Below are positions 35,025 through 45,764 of a DNA stretch of 64,000 bases, piece by piece; the first letter of the stretch is position 1, and each line of letters opens with the position of its first letter. The notes below the pieces were generated by a model that was not told the DNA's origin, did not search any database, and saw only the letters and a program-made list of their open reading frames with translations. The position numbers and the translations under genes are program-made. This stretch comes from a virus: the IMG/VR virus record IMGVR_UViG_3300045988_137032, positions 128,001-192,000 of that record, one strand, 5' to 3'.

Positions 35025-37217
35025 TTGGGTAATCGCATTAAGCGAATCGGAAATAAATACTATGACACTGGTACTTCGAATAAAAGTTTCCTCCAAGTAG
35101 CAAAAGACTTAAAAAGTCTTGGTATCCATAATTACTACTTTATGCTGGAAATTTATGATTATAGTCTGGTGAATATTGATCCTTATGCAGAGAATCTGAC
35201 AAGAGATCAAATCTCCAGAATTATGACAGAGTGTACCAGAAACCCATGGTATTATCTTCGAGAAATTTGTAGGATTCCTGACCAGGGCGGTGTTGGTATT
35301 CCATTTAAAGCAAATCGTGGTAATATCGCACAGACATGGTTAACCTTGCATGGTATCGATTCATGGCTATGCTTGCCTCGTCAGCAAGGTAAAACTATCT
35401 CATTCCTTTGCTTACTAGCATGGGCATATTCTTTCGGTACCAACAACTCTACCTTTATTTTCGTAAATAAGGATAGTGGAAATGCTAAGGAAAACTTACA
35501 ACGTCTGAAAGATATTATTGACTGCTTACCGGAATTCTTACGCTTTGACCAGATTATGGAAGAAGACGAAAATGGTAAGGTGAAATTGGTTAAGGCTGCA
35601 CGTAATGCTACTAGCATGAAGCATCCTATTACAAAAAACCGTATCATCATCAAACCAAAAGCAACTTCCTATGAGTCTGCATTGTCACTGGCTCGTGGTC
35701 TTACTTCTCCTATTCTACATTTTGACGAACCTGAGTTTACTCCGTATATCAAAACGATTATCGAGAACTCAGTATCAACCTTTGAAACTGCATCGAGGAA
35801 CGCTAAGAAAAATGGTGCTATGTATTGCCGGGCCTTCTCTTGTACCCCAGGTGACTTGGATACCTCCATGGGACAAGAAGCACAAGAAGTTCTATCGCAT
35901 ACTACGAAGTGGTCTGAGCACATGTATGATATGCGATACGATTCACTTAACGATGACAAGAATGAGCTTCTTCAGTACGTCAAAAATAACGGTGGAAACG
36001 GAATCGTATATATCGAATACTCTTATAAGCAACTTGGCCTCACGGACGAGTGGCTTCGGAATATGTACAATAAGATTCAAAACCCCGTCGTTGTAAAACG
36101 TGAGATTTTGCTTCAAAGAATTCGTGGTAGTAGTGATTCTCCGTTCGATCAGGAAGATATTGAATATATGGCATCTATGGTGAAACCTATCGTTGATGAG
36201 TTGTATCTGTGTGACCATTTCAGATTCGATATCTATAAGAAGCTTGAGAGACTTACTCCATACTTAGTAAGTATCGACTGCTCTACTGGTACCAACGGAG
36301 ACTCAAATGCTATTACAATTATCAACCCGTATACGGTAAGACCTGATGCTGAATTCAAGTGTCCGTATATTGGTGAGACACAATTCGAAAAACTCATCAT
36401 TGAGTTAGTCCAGGAGCATCTTCCTAGAGCATGTATCATCATAGAGAGAAACTCTGTTGGTGATGGCATTATCGATCATCTTCTGAATTCTCCTATTAGA
36501 TCAAATCTTTATTTTGATAAGAATAAAGACTTGGTTGAATCGAATCTTGCCGAGCAGTCGAATGTCGTCAGTATGCTGAAGCGTCAAGGAGATCAAAAGA
36601 AGTTCTATGGCGTTTATACCGACAATAAGAGTCGTGAAGATATGATGGCTATTCTGTTTAGACGAGTGGCTGAATTCAAAGACGACTTTGTTACTAAGAA
36701 TATCACCGATGATATTGCCCATCTTGTACGGTTTAAGTCAGGAAAGGTAGCTGCACAAATTGGTTTCCATGATGACTCCATTATGTCTTACCTCATCGGT
36801 ATGTATGTATGGTACCATGGTAACAACTTAAGTATGTGGGGCATCGTGAAGGGAGCTAAGGAGATTGAGAACCAAAATCAAGGTCTCCATAGATCCGTTG
36901 AAGATATTGAGAATATGGATATTCTTCCTGCTGATACAATAGAAGCTATGAAGAGGCAGGAGAAAGTCCGTAAGGAAAATGACTATGAGAAGATTATGAG
37001 AGAAGCTCTCATTAAAGCTCAGAGAGAATCCCTTGAACTCCATAGGAAGGGTCTTGTTGAAAATGAGACTCTTGATAAATCCCAGGATGTACAACTGGAA
37101 GAAATCTATGGTAATAATTCCATTGATATGAGTTTCTTCGATGAGATGAACGGTATGGGTTCTGATAATGGGTCTTCTTCTAATCTTTCAAATTTTGATT
37201 TCTTAAATGGCTTTTAA
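35025..37217 (+). CDS. terL: Terminase large subunit
   Basis: Walker A-like LPRQQGKT, Walker B-like ILHFDEPE, and a C-terminal nuclease-like VSIDCSTGTNGDSNAITI. TTG start 7 nt after GGAGGTGA. Confidence 0.85.
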   Translation: MGNRIKRIGNKYYDTGTSNKSFLQVAKDLKSLGIHNYYFMLEIYDYSLVNIDPYAENLTRDQISRIMTECTRNPWYYLREICRIPDQGGVGIPFKANRGNIAQTWLTLHGIDSWLCLPRQQGKTISFLCLLAWAYSFGTNNSTFIFVNKDSGNAKENLQRLKDIIDCLPEFLRFDQIMEEDENGKVKLVKAARNATSMKHPITKNRIIIKPKATSYESALSLARGLTSPILHFDEPEFTPYIKTIIENSVSTFETASRNAKKNGAMYCRAFSCTPGDLDTSMGQEAQEVLSHTTKWSEHMYDMRYDSLNDDKNELLQYVKNNGGNGIVYIEYSYKQLGLTDEWLRNMYNKIQNPVVVKREILLQRIRGSSDSPFDQEDIEYMASMVKPIVDELYLCDHFRFDIYKKLERLTPYLVSIDCSTGTNGDSNAITIINPYTVRPDAEFKCPYIGETQFEKLIIELVQEHLPRACIIIERNSVGDGIIDHLLNSPIRSNLYFDKNKDLVESNLAEQSNVVSMLKRQGDQKKFYGVYTDNKSREDMMAILFRRVAEFKDDFVTKNITDDIAHLVRFKSGKVAAQIGFHDDSIMSYLIGMYVWYHGNNLSMWGIVKGAKEIENQNQGLHRSVEDIENMDILPADTIEAMKRQEKVRKENDYEKIMREALIKAQRESLELHRKGLVENETLDKSQDVQLEEIYGNNSIDMSFFDEMNGMGSDNGSSSNLSNFDFLNGF

Positions 37218-37220
37218 AGC

Positions 37221-37267
37221 ATAATAAGACTCCAAGTACTTACAGTTAGTACTTGGAGTCTTATTAT
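37221..37267 (+). terminator. 20-bp-stem hairpin after terL, terminator-like
   Basis: ATAATAAGACTCCAAGTACT ... AGTACTTGGAGTCTTATTAT. The U-tract is weak. Confidence 0.5.
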
Positions 37268-37663
37268 AAACTGAGCATGGGAACCATAGCTCGATCAATA
37301 ATCGGAGCGCATGTGTGTTTGCATCATGAACAGAAAAACCATGACGAAAGAACGTAGTATGAAACCCTGAGAAAAGACCACAAATGAAAGCAAACCTGAT
37401 CACTGTATGTTCACAAAGGAGGTTGTGACTTCTGAAAACTCGAAAGGAATCTTTTATGGAGGTCGAAAATGGTGTTATTACGCTCAACGATAAAAAGCGA
37501 TGATCGTTGTTAAGCAGCAATATGGTATATCCATCATGCTCAATTTACACATCTGTTATACCTATATTTTAAATTAAACGGTTCTCTAGTAGTTTATTAC
37601 TATACAAAGCACATCCTATTAATATCCCTAAAGCAATAACGTAAAGAAAGGACTGTAGTAATT

Positions 37664-39466
37664 ATGATTAATACCCTACAAAGTAGTCTGTCTCAGGCCA
37701 AGGAGCTTCTTGATGCCATGGATGAGCAGATTAAGATGTATGATGGCGTGATTGATTCCATGATTACAAATCATGGTTTTAACAAGCGTCTGCGTGATGT
37801 TCTCAGTAAGATGTCGAAGGAAGCTGTTGAGCAGATTGATTCTGCTAAAGTGGATCGCATCATTACGTTCACTCAGAGCAAGCTGGATGAGATCAACGCT
37901 GCTAAGGATGAAGATACTGACGAGAAGAAGGCTATGACCTTCAGTGAGTACTGCATCTCTTGCTTTAAGGAAATTTATGATTGCTGTGTGCAGTACGCTG
38001 ATGCAATCAAGGAGAAAGATAATCTGGATAAGGAGATTCGTGATATCACGAATAAGAGCTATGATGCTTCCACTTCCAGCAAGGCTCGTCTTGAGAAGGT
38101 TGAGTCCCTTGAGAAGCAGCTTGATTCTGAAGCCGATCCTGATAAGAAGGCTAAGATTCAGAAGATGTTGAATACTGTCCGTAAGACGGAAGATCTGTCT
38201 TTCCTTACGGAGCGTATTGTGAAGATTGGTGATAACGAAGTTCGTAATATCATCAACACCTTTTTCCATCAGAAGCGTTCTTCTCTGATCATGGATAAGT
38301 TCCGTATCCGTATCAAGCGTCTCGGCTATGATGAGAATACCTACAAGATGTTCTTTAACATCGAGGAGATGTTCCTTCCCGAAGAGTATTATCCCATGAA
38401 CAACATGTTCCTATTCATGGCTATGCGCTTCATCTCTTATGCAGATACCAATAACAAGGATGACGCTCTGTTCTGCTCTTCCCTGCTGATCAAGATGTAT
38501 AATCTGGTCTATCATCGTTTTTCTACTCCTGAAGAGGAAGCGGAATTCATCAATCAGATTAAAGCGGTCGATGATTACTTCGCTCCCTATAAGGAAACCC
38601 TTATTGAGAAGAACGTCACTTCTCCGAATCATCCTGCCCGTCAGGAAGCACATCGTGAGAACGAAGCACGTCTTCGTGAATCCCTGTGCAATGCTATCAT
38701 TGCTCACGGTGAGAAGCTCACAGATGAAGTCGTAAAGATGGGCATCAAGGAACTCAAGGAGTATCTGGAAAAGATCGTAGCTTACGAAAAGGCTAAGAAG
38801 GATGCTGAAGTTGATAGCTTCGTTTCTGAAATTGAACCTGAGAAGGTTGATTCTGACAATGAAGAAGCCGAGGATTATGTGCCGGAAAATCCTGAGGAGG
38901 ATAATACTGTCGCATTCCCCGATATGAGAGCTGCTGCTGATGCTCTTGAGGCTGAAGTCGATCAGAAGATCATGGGTGAGACTATCCCCGATGAAGATGA
39001 GCATGTTGTCGATGAGCAGAAGGTAGATGATACTACCGAGCACGCTGAGCATAAGGTAATTCTCCATCCTATCTACGATAAGGCTGATAGCGGGACAAAT
39101 GAAACTGTTGCAGAGCCTCAGTACGTTGATGAAGATCATTATCAGGAGGCTAAGGAACTCCATGAGTCTCGTGCATATGAGTCTATGGTCATCGAGCGTC
39201 GTGGTGATGTGAATATCCCTGTGGCTTTTGATATGACGAATCAGTATGCATACGTCGACAACTATGGCGATATCTACGTACCTACTATCGACGGTAAGGC
39301 ATACGACTTCTACGATTCTCGTGATGGCCATCGTGTTGAACAGAACGTCGATGAGGTTGCTGTTCTCCAGCTGTGCTCTTCTGGTGCTGTTACCAAGAAG
39401 ATCTTCTCTAAAGGTATTCTGAATCCTACGCGTGATACTCTCAGCGATTTTAATTTCCGGGCTTAA
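37664..39466 (+). CDS. Hypothetical protein (600 aa, acidic C-terminal half)
   Basis: Long ORF with codon bias, located between terL and the sheath genes. Confidence 0.6.
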   Translation: MINTLQSSLSQAKELLDAMDEQIKMYDGVIDSMITNHGFNKRLRDVLSKMSKEAVEQIDSAKVDRIITFTQSKLDEINAAKDEDTDEKKAMTFSEYCISCFKEIYDCCVQYADAIKEKDNLDKEIRDITNKSYDASTSSKARLEKVESLEKQLDSEADPDKKAKIQKMLNTVRKTEDLSFLTERIVKIGDNEVRNIINTFFHQKRSSLIMDKFRIRIKRLGYDENTYKMFFNIEEMFLPEEYYPMNNMFLFMAMRFISYADTNNKDDALFCSSLLIKMYNLVYHRFSTPEEEAEFINQIKAVDDYFAPYKETLIEKNVTSPNHPARQEAHRENEARLRESLCNAIIAHGEKLTDEVVKMGIKELKEYLEKIVAYEKAKKDAEVDSFVSEIEPEKVDSDNEEAEDYVPENPEEDNTVAFPDMRAAADALEAEVDQKIMGETIPDEDEHVVDEQKVDDTTEHAEHKVILHPIYDKADSGTNETVAEPQYVDEDHYQEAKELHESRAYESMVIERRGDVNIPVAFDMTNQYAYVDNYGDIYVPTIDGKAYDFYDSRDGHRVEQNVDEVAVLQLCSSGAVTKKIFSKGILNPTRDTLSDFNFRA

Positions 39467-39482
39467 TTTAGCCTAAAAACAA

Positions 39483-39529
39483 AGGACTAATAGAAGACAG
39501 GTTCTCTTGTCTTCTATTAGTCCTATTTT
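39483..39529 (+). terminator. Intrinsic terminator
   Basis: AGGACTAATAGAAGACA ... TGTCTTCTATTAGTCCT plus ATTTT. Confidence 0.8.
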
Positions 39530-39553
39530 GCCAAAGAAAGGAGAAAATAGCCA

Positions 39554-40285
39554 ATGGGCGTATTTCGTAGCGATGGTAATAACATCTATCTGAATGCACC
39601 ATACTGTGAATTCTATATTCCGATGTATTATTTCGATTCATCAAAAACGAGTAGCTTCGCTGAAGATAATAACGAAACAATTCGAGTACTAGGTTTATTT
39701 GACGTTGGTGTTTTTGATGGTAGTGGAAAGCTTACTGAGATGAAGCTCTTCAACGTACCTACTATGGTCAACATCAACGTCTATGATAGCGAAGTTCGTG
39801 ATGTGAAACTTGGCAATGATGAAGTTACACAGTGTAAAGTTGTCAAGTATCTGAAAGATGCTAAGATTATGGTTTCCAGTACCGTTCAGGATGATGAAAA
39901 TTCAAAAGCTTATCTTCAGTATATCACTGGTGGTAATCTTCCTACTTTCATTCCATATTCAAAACTCCTTACTTTGTGGAGAAAGAATATGTCGTTGAAT
40001 GGAGTTTACTTTGGCGTTCCTTCTTGCTATCTGGAATTGATCCTAGCAGTTATGAATAGAAATCCTGCCGATCTGTCGCAGAAGTTTGCTACGATTGCAG
40101 GTAAAGAAAATGTAAGTGACTATGGTTATGCTACTGCATCCATTCGTCAGATTTGTCAGTATAACTCCACGTTTACTGCTCTTACTTACGAGGATATGGA
40201 TAGTATGATCACTTCTTCCCTTAATAGATCGAGGGAAAATAAGCAAGAAACCATTTCGCCAGTGGAACAGATTATTAAGTTTTGA
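39554..40285 (+). CDS. Hypothetical virion protein (upstream of sheath)
   Basis: 243 aa behind AAAGGAGAA. Confidence 0.55.
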   Translation: MGVFRSDGNNIYLNAPYCEFYIPMYYFDSSKTSSFAEDNNETIRVLGLFDVGVFDGSGKLTEMKLFNVPTMVNINVYDSEVRDVKLGNDEVTQCKVVKYLKDAKIMVSSTVQDDENSKAYLQYITGGNLPTFIPYSKLLTLWRKNMSLNGVYFGVPSCYLELILAVMNRNPADLSQKFATIAGKENVSDYGYATASIRQICQYNSTFTALTYEDMDSMITSSLNRSRENKQETISPVEQIIKF

Positions 40286-40387
40286 AGCTTACAGCTTTGC
40301 AGCGTGAAAGCAATGAAAAACATGTTGCTTTCCGTTACATTTAACTAATCTGAATGATTTAAAATTCAAGAAAAGGAGTTGAGCGAT

Positions 40388-42331
40388 ATGCCCCAAGCCA
40401 CGCAAATTGTTCCTAAGTATCTGCATTCTCATGTAGAGACTTATATCAACGATTATACGCAGTTTGATGATTCCGCCAGTACGCCCGTAGATAACAACAA
40501 CAAGTTCATCTGCGTGTTCCGCTCTGGCAAAGGCCCTGACAATGTGCTTCTGAAGAAGGACGACCTGACTGACTTCATTGCCACTTATGGTAATTCCAAC
40601 TTCGCTAAGTACGGTCAGCCGCTTATGATGCCTATTGCTATGCTGACTTCTGGTAGCGCTACTGTTTACAGCATGCGCGTTATGCCTGATGATGCATTTG
40701 CTGCCAATAGCATTCTGCTGATGCAGTATCGTTTCGATGAGACTACCAAGAAGATGGTGATTCGCTATCGTACGAAGTATCTCGACAAGGCTGCACTGGC
40801 AACTATGGGTTCCGCTGGCTACAAGACTTCTAGCGCTTTCAAGAAGCAGCTTGAGCTTGCAGCACAGGCTGAAGTCAAGGAGTCCCTGACCGATGAGAAG
40901 GATGGTAAGGACTGGAAGCAGATTCCTATTGCCGTCTTCCGTATGTCTGGTCGTGGCGTCTATGGCAACAACTATCGTTGGCGCATCACCCGTAACTTCG
41001 AGTACGAGAACGACTACGGTATCATGATGTATACTTTCGAGTGCATCAATGCCGCTGGTTCTGGTGCCGAGGCTTCCTACGTTGGCTCTATCGTTTCTTC
41101 CAGCCAGTATCGTAACATCACTCTGATCAACGATATCCTGGATAACGAGGAGAAGGGTGCAGTCATGATGGACGTCGATATCCTCGAGGACTATGTCAAC
41201 GAGGCATACGATGAGTTCAAGGTCTTCCTGGAGACTCTGGATGACGTTCCTGAGACTCTGATCCCCACCAACGACACTTGGGATCCGTTCTTCGGTTTCC
41301 AGTGCAATAGCACCAGCCTTCATCCCAACATGGAAGTTATTGGTGAGTCTACTGATACCGAGGATATCGGTCTGAGCCGTGCTCAGGGTATTGCCCTGAT
41401 GGGTGGCGATGATGGTGCCTTCGGCAGTGATAACCCGACCGATGTCTTCAATGCTACCAACAAGTGCTATGTCGATGCATTCTCTGGTGAGTATGACTCT
41501 GTGATTCTGTCCAGCCGTCGTTCTCCCTGTGATGCTATCCTGGATGCTAACTATAACGCCGATGCTGAGCATGCTCAGTATGACGTTAAGGGCACCCTGT
41601 ATAACATGGCTCTGGCTCGTAACGATGCTCTGGTGTATCTGGATGCCGGCACTGAAACCAATAAGGCTTCTATCGACAACATGATCACCGAGTATGCTCG
41701 TTTCAATAGCCGTAATGCTGTCAAGGAGTTCCAGCACTATACTGTGAAGGATCCTGGTACTATGAAGAAGTGCGAGGTTACCGTCACTTACTTCTATGCT
41801 CAGAAGCTTCCCATCCACTATCAGAACTACGGTTCTTGGGTGCCGTTCGTCAAGGCTCGTTGCGAGCTGAGCGGCCATATCAAGAATACTCTGGAGCCTG
41901 CTGTGGATGATCTGGAGATGGAGCTGAAGGAGAAGCTGTACGTTAACCGTTTCAACTACTTCGAGACCATCGACGAGAACGTCTATCAGCGTGCTGCTCA
42001 GAACACTGCCCAGATGATCAATTCTGATCTGATGGAAGAGAACAACATGAACACCCTGTTTGCGCTGAAGAAGCAGCTTGAGCGTGACTGCTGGAACAGC
42101 CTGTACGACTTCACCTCTGTTGAGGATCGTGCTCGCTTCTCCGAGTCCGAGCAGGCTAAGTTCGCAAGCTGGATTGGCTCTCGTGTTGATACCCTGAGCA
42201 TCGTCTTTGACGCTAACGAGTGGGAGATGGAGCGTTCCATCGTCCATTGCTACGTCTCTGTCCAGTTCCGTAACATGATGAAGCGTGTTATCATCGAGAT
42301 CGATGTTAACAAGCGGAACTTCGAAGGCTAA
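40388..42331 (+). CDS. Putative contractile tail sheath protein
   Basis: Track ORF 40379..42331, with the ATG at M4 lying 9 nt after AAAAGGAG. It has a sheath-like size and strong codon bias, and is followed 27 nt later by a tube-like gene. The C-terminal third has a sheath-like pattern, from memory only. Confidence 0.6.
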   Translation: MPQATQIVPKYLHSHVETYINDYTQFDDSASTPVDNNNKFICVFRSGKGPDNVLLKKDDLTDFIATYGNSNFAKYGQPLMMPIAMLTSGSATVYSMRVMPDDAFAANSILLMQYRFDETTKKMVIRYRTKYLDKAALATMGSAGYKTSSAFKKQLELAAQAEVKESLTDEKDGKDWKQIPIAVFRMSGRGVYGNNYRWRITRNFEYENDYGIMMYTFECINAAGSGAEASYVGSIVSSSQYRNITLINDILDNEEKGAVMMDVDILEDYVNEAYDEFKVFLETLDDVPETLIPTNDTWDPFFGFQCNSTSLHPNMEVIGESTDTEDIGLSRAQGIALMGGDDGAFGSDNPTDVFNATNKCYVDAFSGEYDSVILSSRRSPCDAILDANYNADAEHAQYDVKGTLYNMALARNDALVYLDAGTETNKASIDNMITEYARFNSRNAVKEFQHYTVKDPGTMKKCEVTVTYFYAQKLPIHYQNYGSWVPFVKARCELSGHIKNTLEPAVDDLEMELKEKLYVNRFNYFETIDENVYQRAAQNTAQMINSDLMEENNMNTLFALKKQLERDCWNSLYDFTSVEDRARFSESEQAKFASWIGSRVDTLSIVFDANEWEMERSIVHCYVSVQFRNMMKRVIIEIDVNKRNFEG

Positions 42332-42358
42332 TACTAAGAAAGGAGCGTGAATTGAATT

Positions 42359-43228
42359 ATGGCTAACGCAAATACTTTCCAAACTAACATTCATAACCAT
42401 AATATGGAAAACATCACGGAATATGCTCTGTTTCTTGGTGGTCTGAATGTTACTCGTGATTCCCTCCTGCAGTACGACCCTCTTAAGACTGGCTTCGGTC
42501 GTGTCTTTATGATTCGTACTCCGATCTTTGTGACTAACAAGATCCCCGATAAGATGCGTAAGTTCAAGCATGTTCTTGAGTACGCAAATACCGAAATCGG
42601 CGGTAACGACAATATCGATCTGACCACCAACGATATGACTGGTGGTTATTCCGGTAAGAAGGTTACCATCCCGAATATCGCTACCGATGGTGCTAACGAC
42701 TTCAACATCAAGGTCTATGAGTTCTCTGGCTCTCTGATGCGTGAGGTTATCCAGTATTGGATCAACGGTATCTCCGATATTCAGTCTGGTCTGAGCCATT
42801 ACTACTGTGATGGTACTCCCAACGATGTAAACTACGGTCTGCCCATTTGCCAGGCAAACCAGAGCGCCGAGTTCATCTACGTTGCTACTGACCAGTCTGG
42901 TAAGGAAGTTGAGTATGCAGCTCTGTTTGCAAACTGCGTTCCTACCAGCATTCAGCTTGAGCAGTTCAACTACACCGCTGGTGAGCACAACCTGGTGGAG
43001 ATGAACATCAACTTTACTGCGTCTCGTTACATGAGCCCGCAGATCAATGAGAAGGCAAAGCAGCTGCTTGTGAAGCATAATGCTCTGATGAACTCTCTGA
43101 ACTTCAACTCTGGTTACACCAACGATGATCTGTATCCCGCTGGTGATAATGGTACTTACTACGATCTGAACGATGGTAAGCTGAAGAAGAAGAGTGCTCA
43201 GCAGAAGAATACCTTCATTGTGACCTAA
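42359..43228 (+). CDS. Putative tail tube protein
   Basis: 289 aa immediately after the sheath-like gene, with the same codon bias. Confidence 0.45.
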   Translation: MANANTFQTNIHNHNMENITEYALFLGGLNVTRDSLLQYDPLKTGFGRVFMIRTPIFVTNKIPDKMRKFKHVLEYANTEIGGNDNIDLTTNDMTGGYSGKKVTIPNIATDGANDFNIKVYEFSGSLMREVIQYWINGISDIQSGLSHYYCDGTPNDVNYGLPICQANQSAEFIYVATDQSGKEVEYAALFANCVPTSIQLEQFNYTAGEHNLVEMNINFTASRYMSPQINEKAKQLLVKHNALMNSLNFNSGYTNDDLYPAGDNGTYYDLNDGKLKKKSAQQKNTFIVT

Positions 43229-43302
43229 TAGTTACCATTAGGCTTGGATTAAAATCACGATGTTTTACCATCGAATGATTTTCTCCTTTTATCATATATA
43301 AA

Positions 43303-43352
43303 ACCTAGCAGGTATGAGATATATTTCAATCTCATACCTGCTAGGTGTTTTT
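43303..43352. terminator. Bidirectional intrinsic terminator
   Basis: ACCTAGCAGGTATGAGAT ... ATCTCATACCTGCTAGGT plus GTTTTT. Confidence 0.85.
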
Positions 43353-43358
43353 ACAGTC

Positions 43359-45764
43359 TTACTGACCGCCACCCATATCATCCATACCGGACATATCGAG
43401 GTTTTCATCATCAGACTGATCGTTCTTCATGGGATCCATGGAATCTCCCTTGCCTTTGATATTTGCAGCTTTAAAGATCTCTTCGATATGATCGAAGTTA
43501 AGCATTGCAAGTCTATCCTTAGCAAGTTCTTTCTTAAACACGGAAACCTGTGCTGTCTTACCAGCATCATCCTGATAGTTCTGTCCATAGTAAAGACCAG
43601 TCAGGAACTCAGAAAGTGTATTGAAGTTATTCAAAAGATCATTGGTAATATTGCTATTTGCAGTCTTAGGCTGAACGAAATTAAAATGAAGTGTATTGAT
43701 GACTTCATCCGGCATATTCGTAGCATATTTACAAATCTGCCGATAAAGCTGAGTAATTTGCTCATTGTAATCAAGCTGGAACGAAATGACACGACCCTGG
43801 AATCTATTATTTGCAAGCTCCAGTGTCTTAGCAAAGTCAGCTTCATTATAGTAGTTGAGCAAGACATCAGGAACACCAGTACCAGAGACATATGCTTTCT
43901 TCAGCATATCCATCAGATCACTATTGATCTGGACATCCTGACCAGCAAGAATCTCAGTTTCAATACCACGTTCATTTCCCTTACCAGTAGGAATATACAT
44001 CTCGTTGCCCTGACCAATCTTATTGATCAAGGTCGTGTACGAGAACATATCCGCCATGGTAATCTTACGCTCTTGCTTCTTACGAGCAATATCCTGAATC
44101 TTATTGGCGACGTTCTTATCAATACCAGACTGTCTGACGTAGTTGACCTTAGTATCATTACTATTGGTAACGATAGAAAGAATCTTAAAGAGCAACAGCA
44201 TCAGATAAAGTTTAGCATAGAAAAGCGAATCTTCAATGATGGAAACACCATTGCCATGCTCATCTGTATTGATCTTAAACGGCACAATATATTCTTTCGG
44301 AATAAACTGGAAACGAATCCGTTTATTATTCAGCTTATAGTAATTCAATGCTTCCACAATAAGCTTCTTAAACTTCATATTCTCGTTTAAGAACTTCTTA
44401 TTGAATGCTTCTACGATAGAGGATGCAATCATGGAAACGATATTCGTTTCACTGGTATTCATGTCATACTTATCGTAATACATGGTAGAAGTAAGAATAC
44501 CTGCCATAGGAGTGATATCATCTTCCTGTACGTAATAGTACCCGATGATTTCATCCATAATCTTAATAGGGAGAAGATTCAGAGGTGAGATCAATCTTAC
44601 ATAGCAATCCTGAATACTATTGAAAGATTCTGCTTTACCAGTCTTCTTCTTATCAAGAGCTCCCGTACCATTAAATGCATGAACACCAGAATCGATATTC
44701 CGCATAATGGAATTGAAATTATAAGAAGGAGTTTTCTTAGCTTCCGTAACAGACTTCTCTACAAACTCGTTATAGTACTGGCGGTAAGTATCAACACCTT
44801 CTTCCAATACAGGAAGAGGAATAGCATCATTGCAGATAGTGATATTCTCCATGCATGCTTTCAATTCAGAATTCAACTGCTTGGAAGCTTCATTTTTACT
44901 ACTAGATCCATTCCTACGAATGATATCATCGTATTCAGGACAAGATTCTGCTGCTTCCATAATATCTTTCGCAAACTTTGTTTTGCTAAAATCTTTCGTG
45001 TCAGCTTTCTCTGTAATGATTCTATCCAGTGTACGTCCAGCAGCTTCACTATATGCTCTATACTTGCCATCTGCTTTCTCCTTAGAGAAATCAGAGAAAA
45101 TCTTAGAGTAAGGAACTGCATAGACGTAATATTCACCATATTCCAGAGAACGAGGAATAATGAATTCCTTAATCTTCTTCTGAAGATCAAACTTCTTTTC
45201 CACATTCTCAATGATAGGCAGATAATCTTCAGAGCCATTCTCCATATTATCATTATCAATGGTAATCGTACGAGACATGGTACCATCCACAATATCTGCC
45301 GAAATAATAGCATCACGAGTAACAACGATAGCTTGCTTTAATTCAACAAGCTGTGATGCAACTTCATGAAGGTCAGCTTGCTTTATCAGGCGGTTCTTAT
45401 ACTGCTCTGTAAATAAAGCTTGAATCTGACCTTCATCTGTGCCAAAGATATCCTCAAGATCTTTTGATGCACCAGCGATTCGCTTATTATTCTCCGAAAT
45501 AACTTTCGTGATAAAGTCAACGCTGTCTCCACCAGATCCCTTTCGGATATCTGTAATTTCAGATTTAAGTAATGAATTAAAATTATTGACGAGTGAATCA
45601 ACTTTCGTATCTCTCTTAGTACCATATGTCATCGTATTCAGCGAGTCCATCATCTGATTGATATTAGCACTGATATTTCGATTCATACGGTTGATACGGC
45701 CTGCTTGCTGTTTTGTCAGCTGAGGCGCAGAAGCCTCATTAATGTGATCAGGCATGAAATACAT
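43359..45764 (-). CDS. Putative portal protein
   Basis: 801 aa with an acidic C-terminal tail (DDENLDMSGMDDMGGGQ). Size and context fit a portal. The call rests on overall pattern recall only. Confidence 0.55.
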   Translation of the reverse strand: MYFMPDHINEASAPQLTKQQAGRINRMNRNISANINQMMDSLNTMTYGTKRDTKVDSLVNNFNSLLKSEITDIRKGSGGDSVDFITKVISENNKRIAGASKDLEDIFGTDEGQIQALFTEQYKNRLIKQADLHEVASQLVELKQAIVVTRDAIISADIVDGTMSRTITIDNDNMENGSEDYLPIIENVEKKFDLQKKIKEFIIPRSLEYGEYYVYAVPYSKIFSDFSKEKADGKYRAYSEAAGRTLDRIITEKADTKDFSKTKFAKDIMEAAESCPEYDDIIRRNGSSSKNEASKQLNSELKACMENITICNDAIPLPVLEEGVDTYRQYYNEFVEKSVTEAKKTPSYNFNSIMRNIDSGVHAFNGTGALDKKKTGKAESFNSIQDCYVRLISPLNLLPIKIMDEIIGYYYVQEDDITPMAGILTSTMYYDKYDMNTSETNIVSMIASSIVEAFNKKFLNENMKFKKLIVEALNYYKLNNKRIRFQFIPKEYIVPFKINTDEHGNGVSIIEDSLFYAKLYLMLLLFKILSIVTNSNDTKVNYVRQSGIDKNVANKIQDIARKKQERKITMADMFSYTTLINKIGQGNEMYIPTGKGNERGIETEILAGQDVQINSDLMDMLKKAYVSGTGVPDVLLNYYNEADFAKTLELANNRFQGRVISFQLDYNEQITQLYRQICKYATNMPDEVINTLHFNFVQPKTANSNITNDLLNNFNTLSEFLTGLYYGQNYQDDAGKTAQVSVFKKELAKDRLAMLNFDHIEEIFKAANIKGKGDSMDPMKNDQSDDENLDMSGMDDMGGGQ

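Noticed and set aside
37203-37520. 105-aa minus-strand ORF in the gap after terL
   Set aside because: It overlaps the terL 3' end and the terminator hairpin, has no RBS, and gives an implausible sequence.
40289-43078. 929-aa minus-strand ORF spanning the sheath and tube genes
   Set aside because: It is the antisense shadow of two strongly codon-biased plus-strand genes. It has no RBS and a low-complexity L/V/I/D/H composition, and it crosses the plus-strand intergenic gap. The plus-strand genes have RBSs and sensible protein sequences.
43314-44390. Long antisense ORFs opposite the portal (43314..44390, 44679..45341), polymerase (47359..48135, 48673..49215), the 633-aa repeat protein (60731..61969), 37664..39466 (38411..39331, 37676..38269), the secreted protein (34026..34841), and thyA and its neighbour (16811..17344, 17366..17854, 17863..18441)
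   Set aside because: All lack RBSs and have I/L/N/H-rich shadow composition. The opposite-strand genes carry recognisable motifs or signal peptides.
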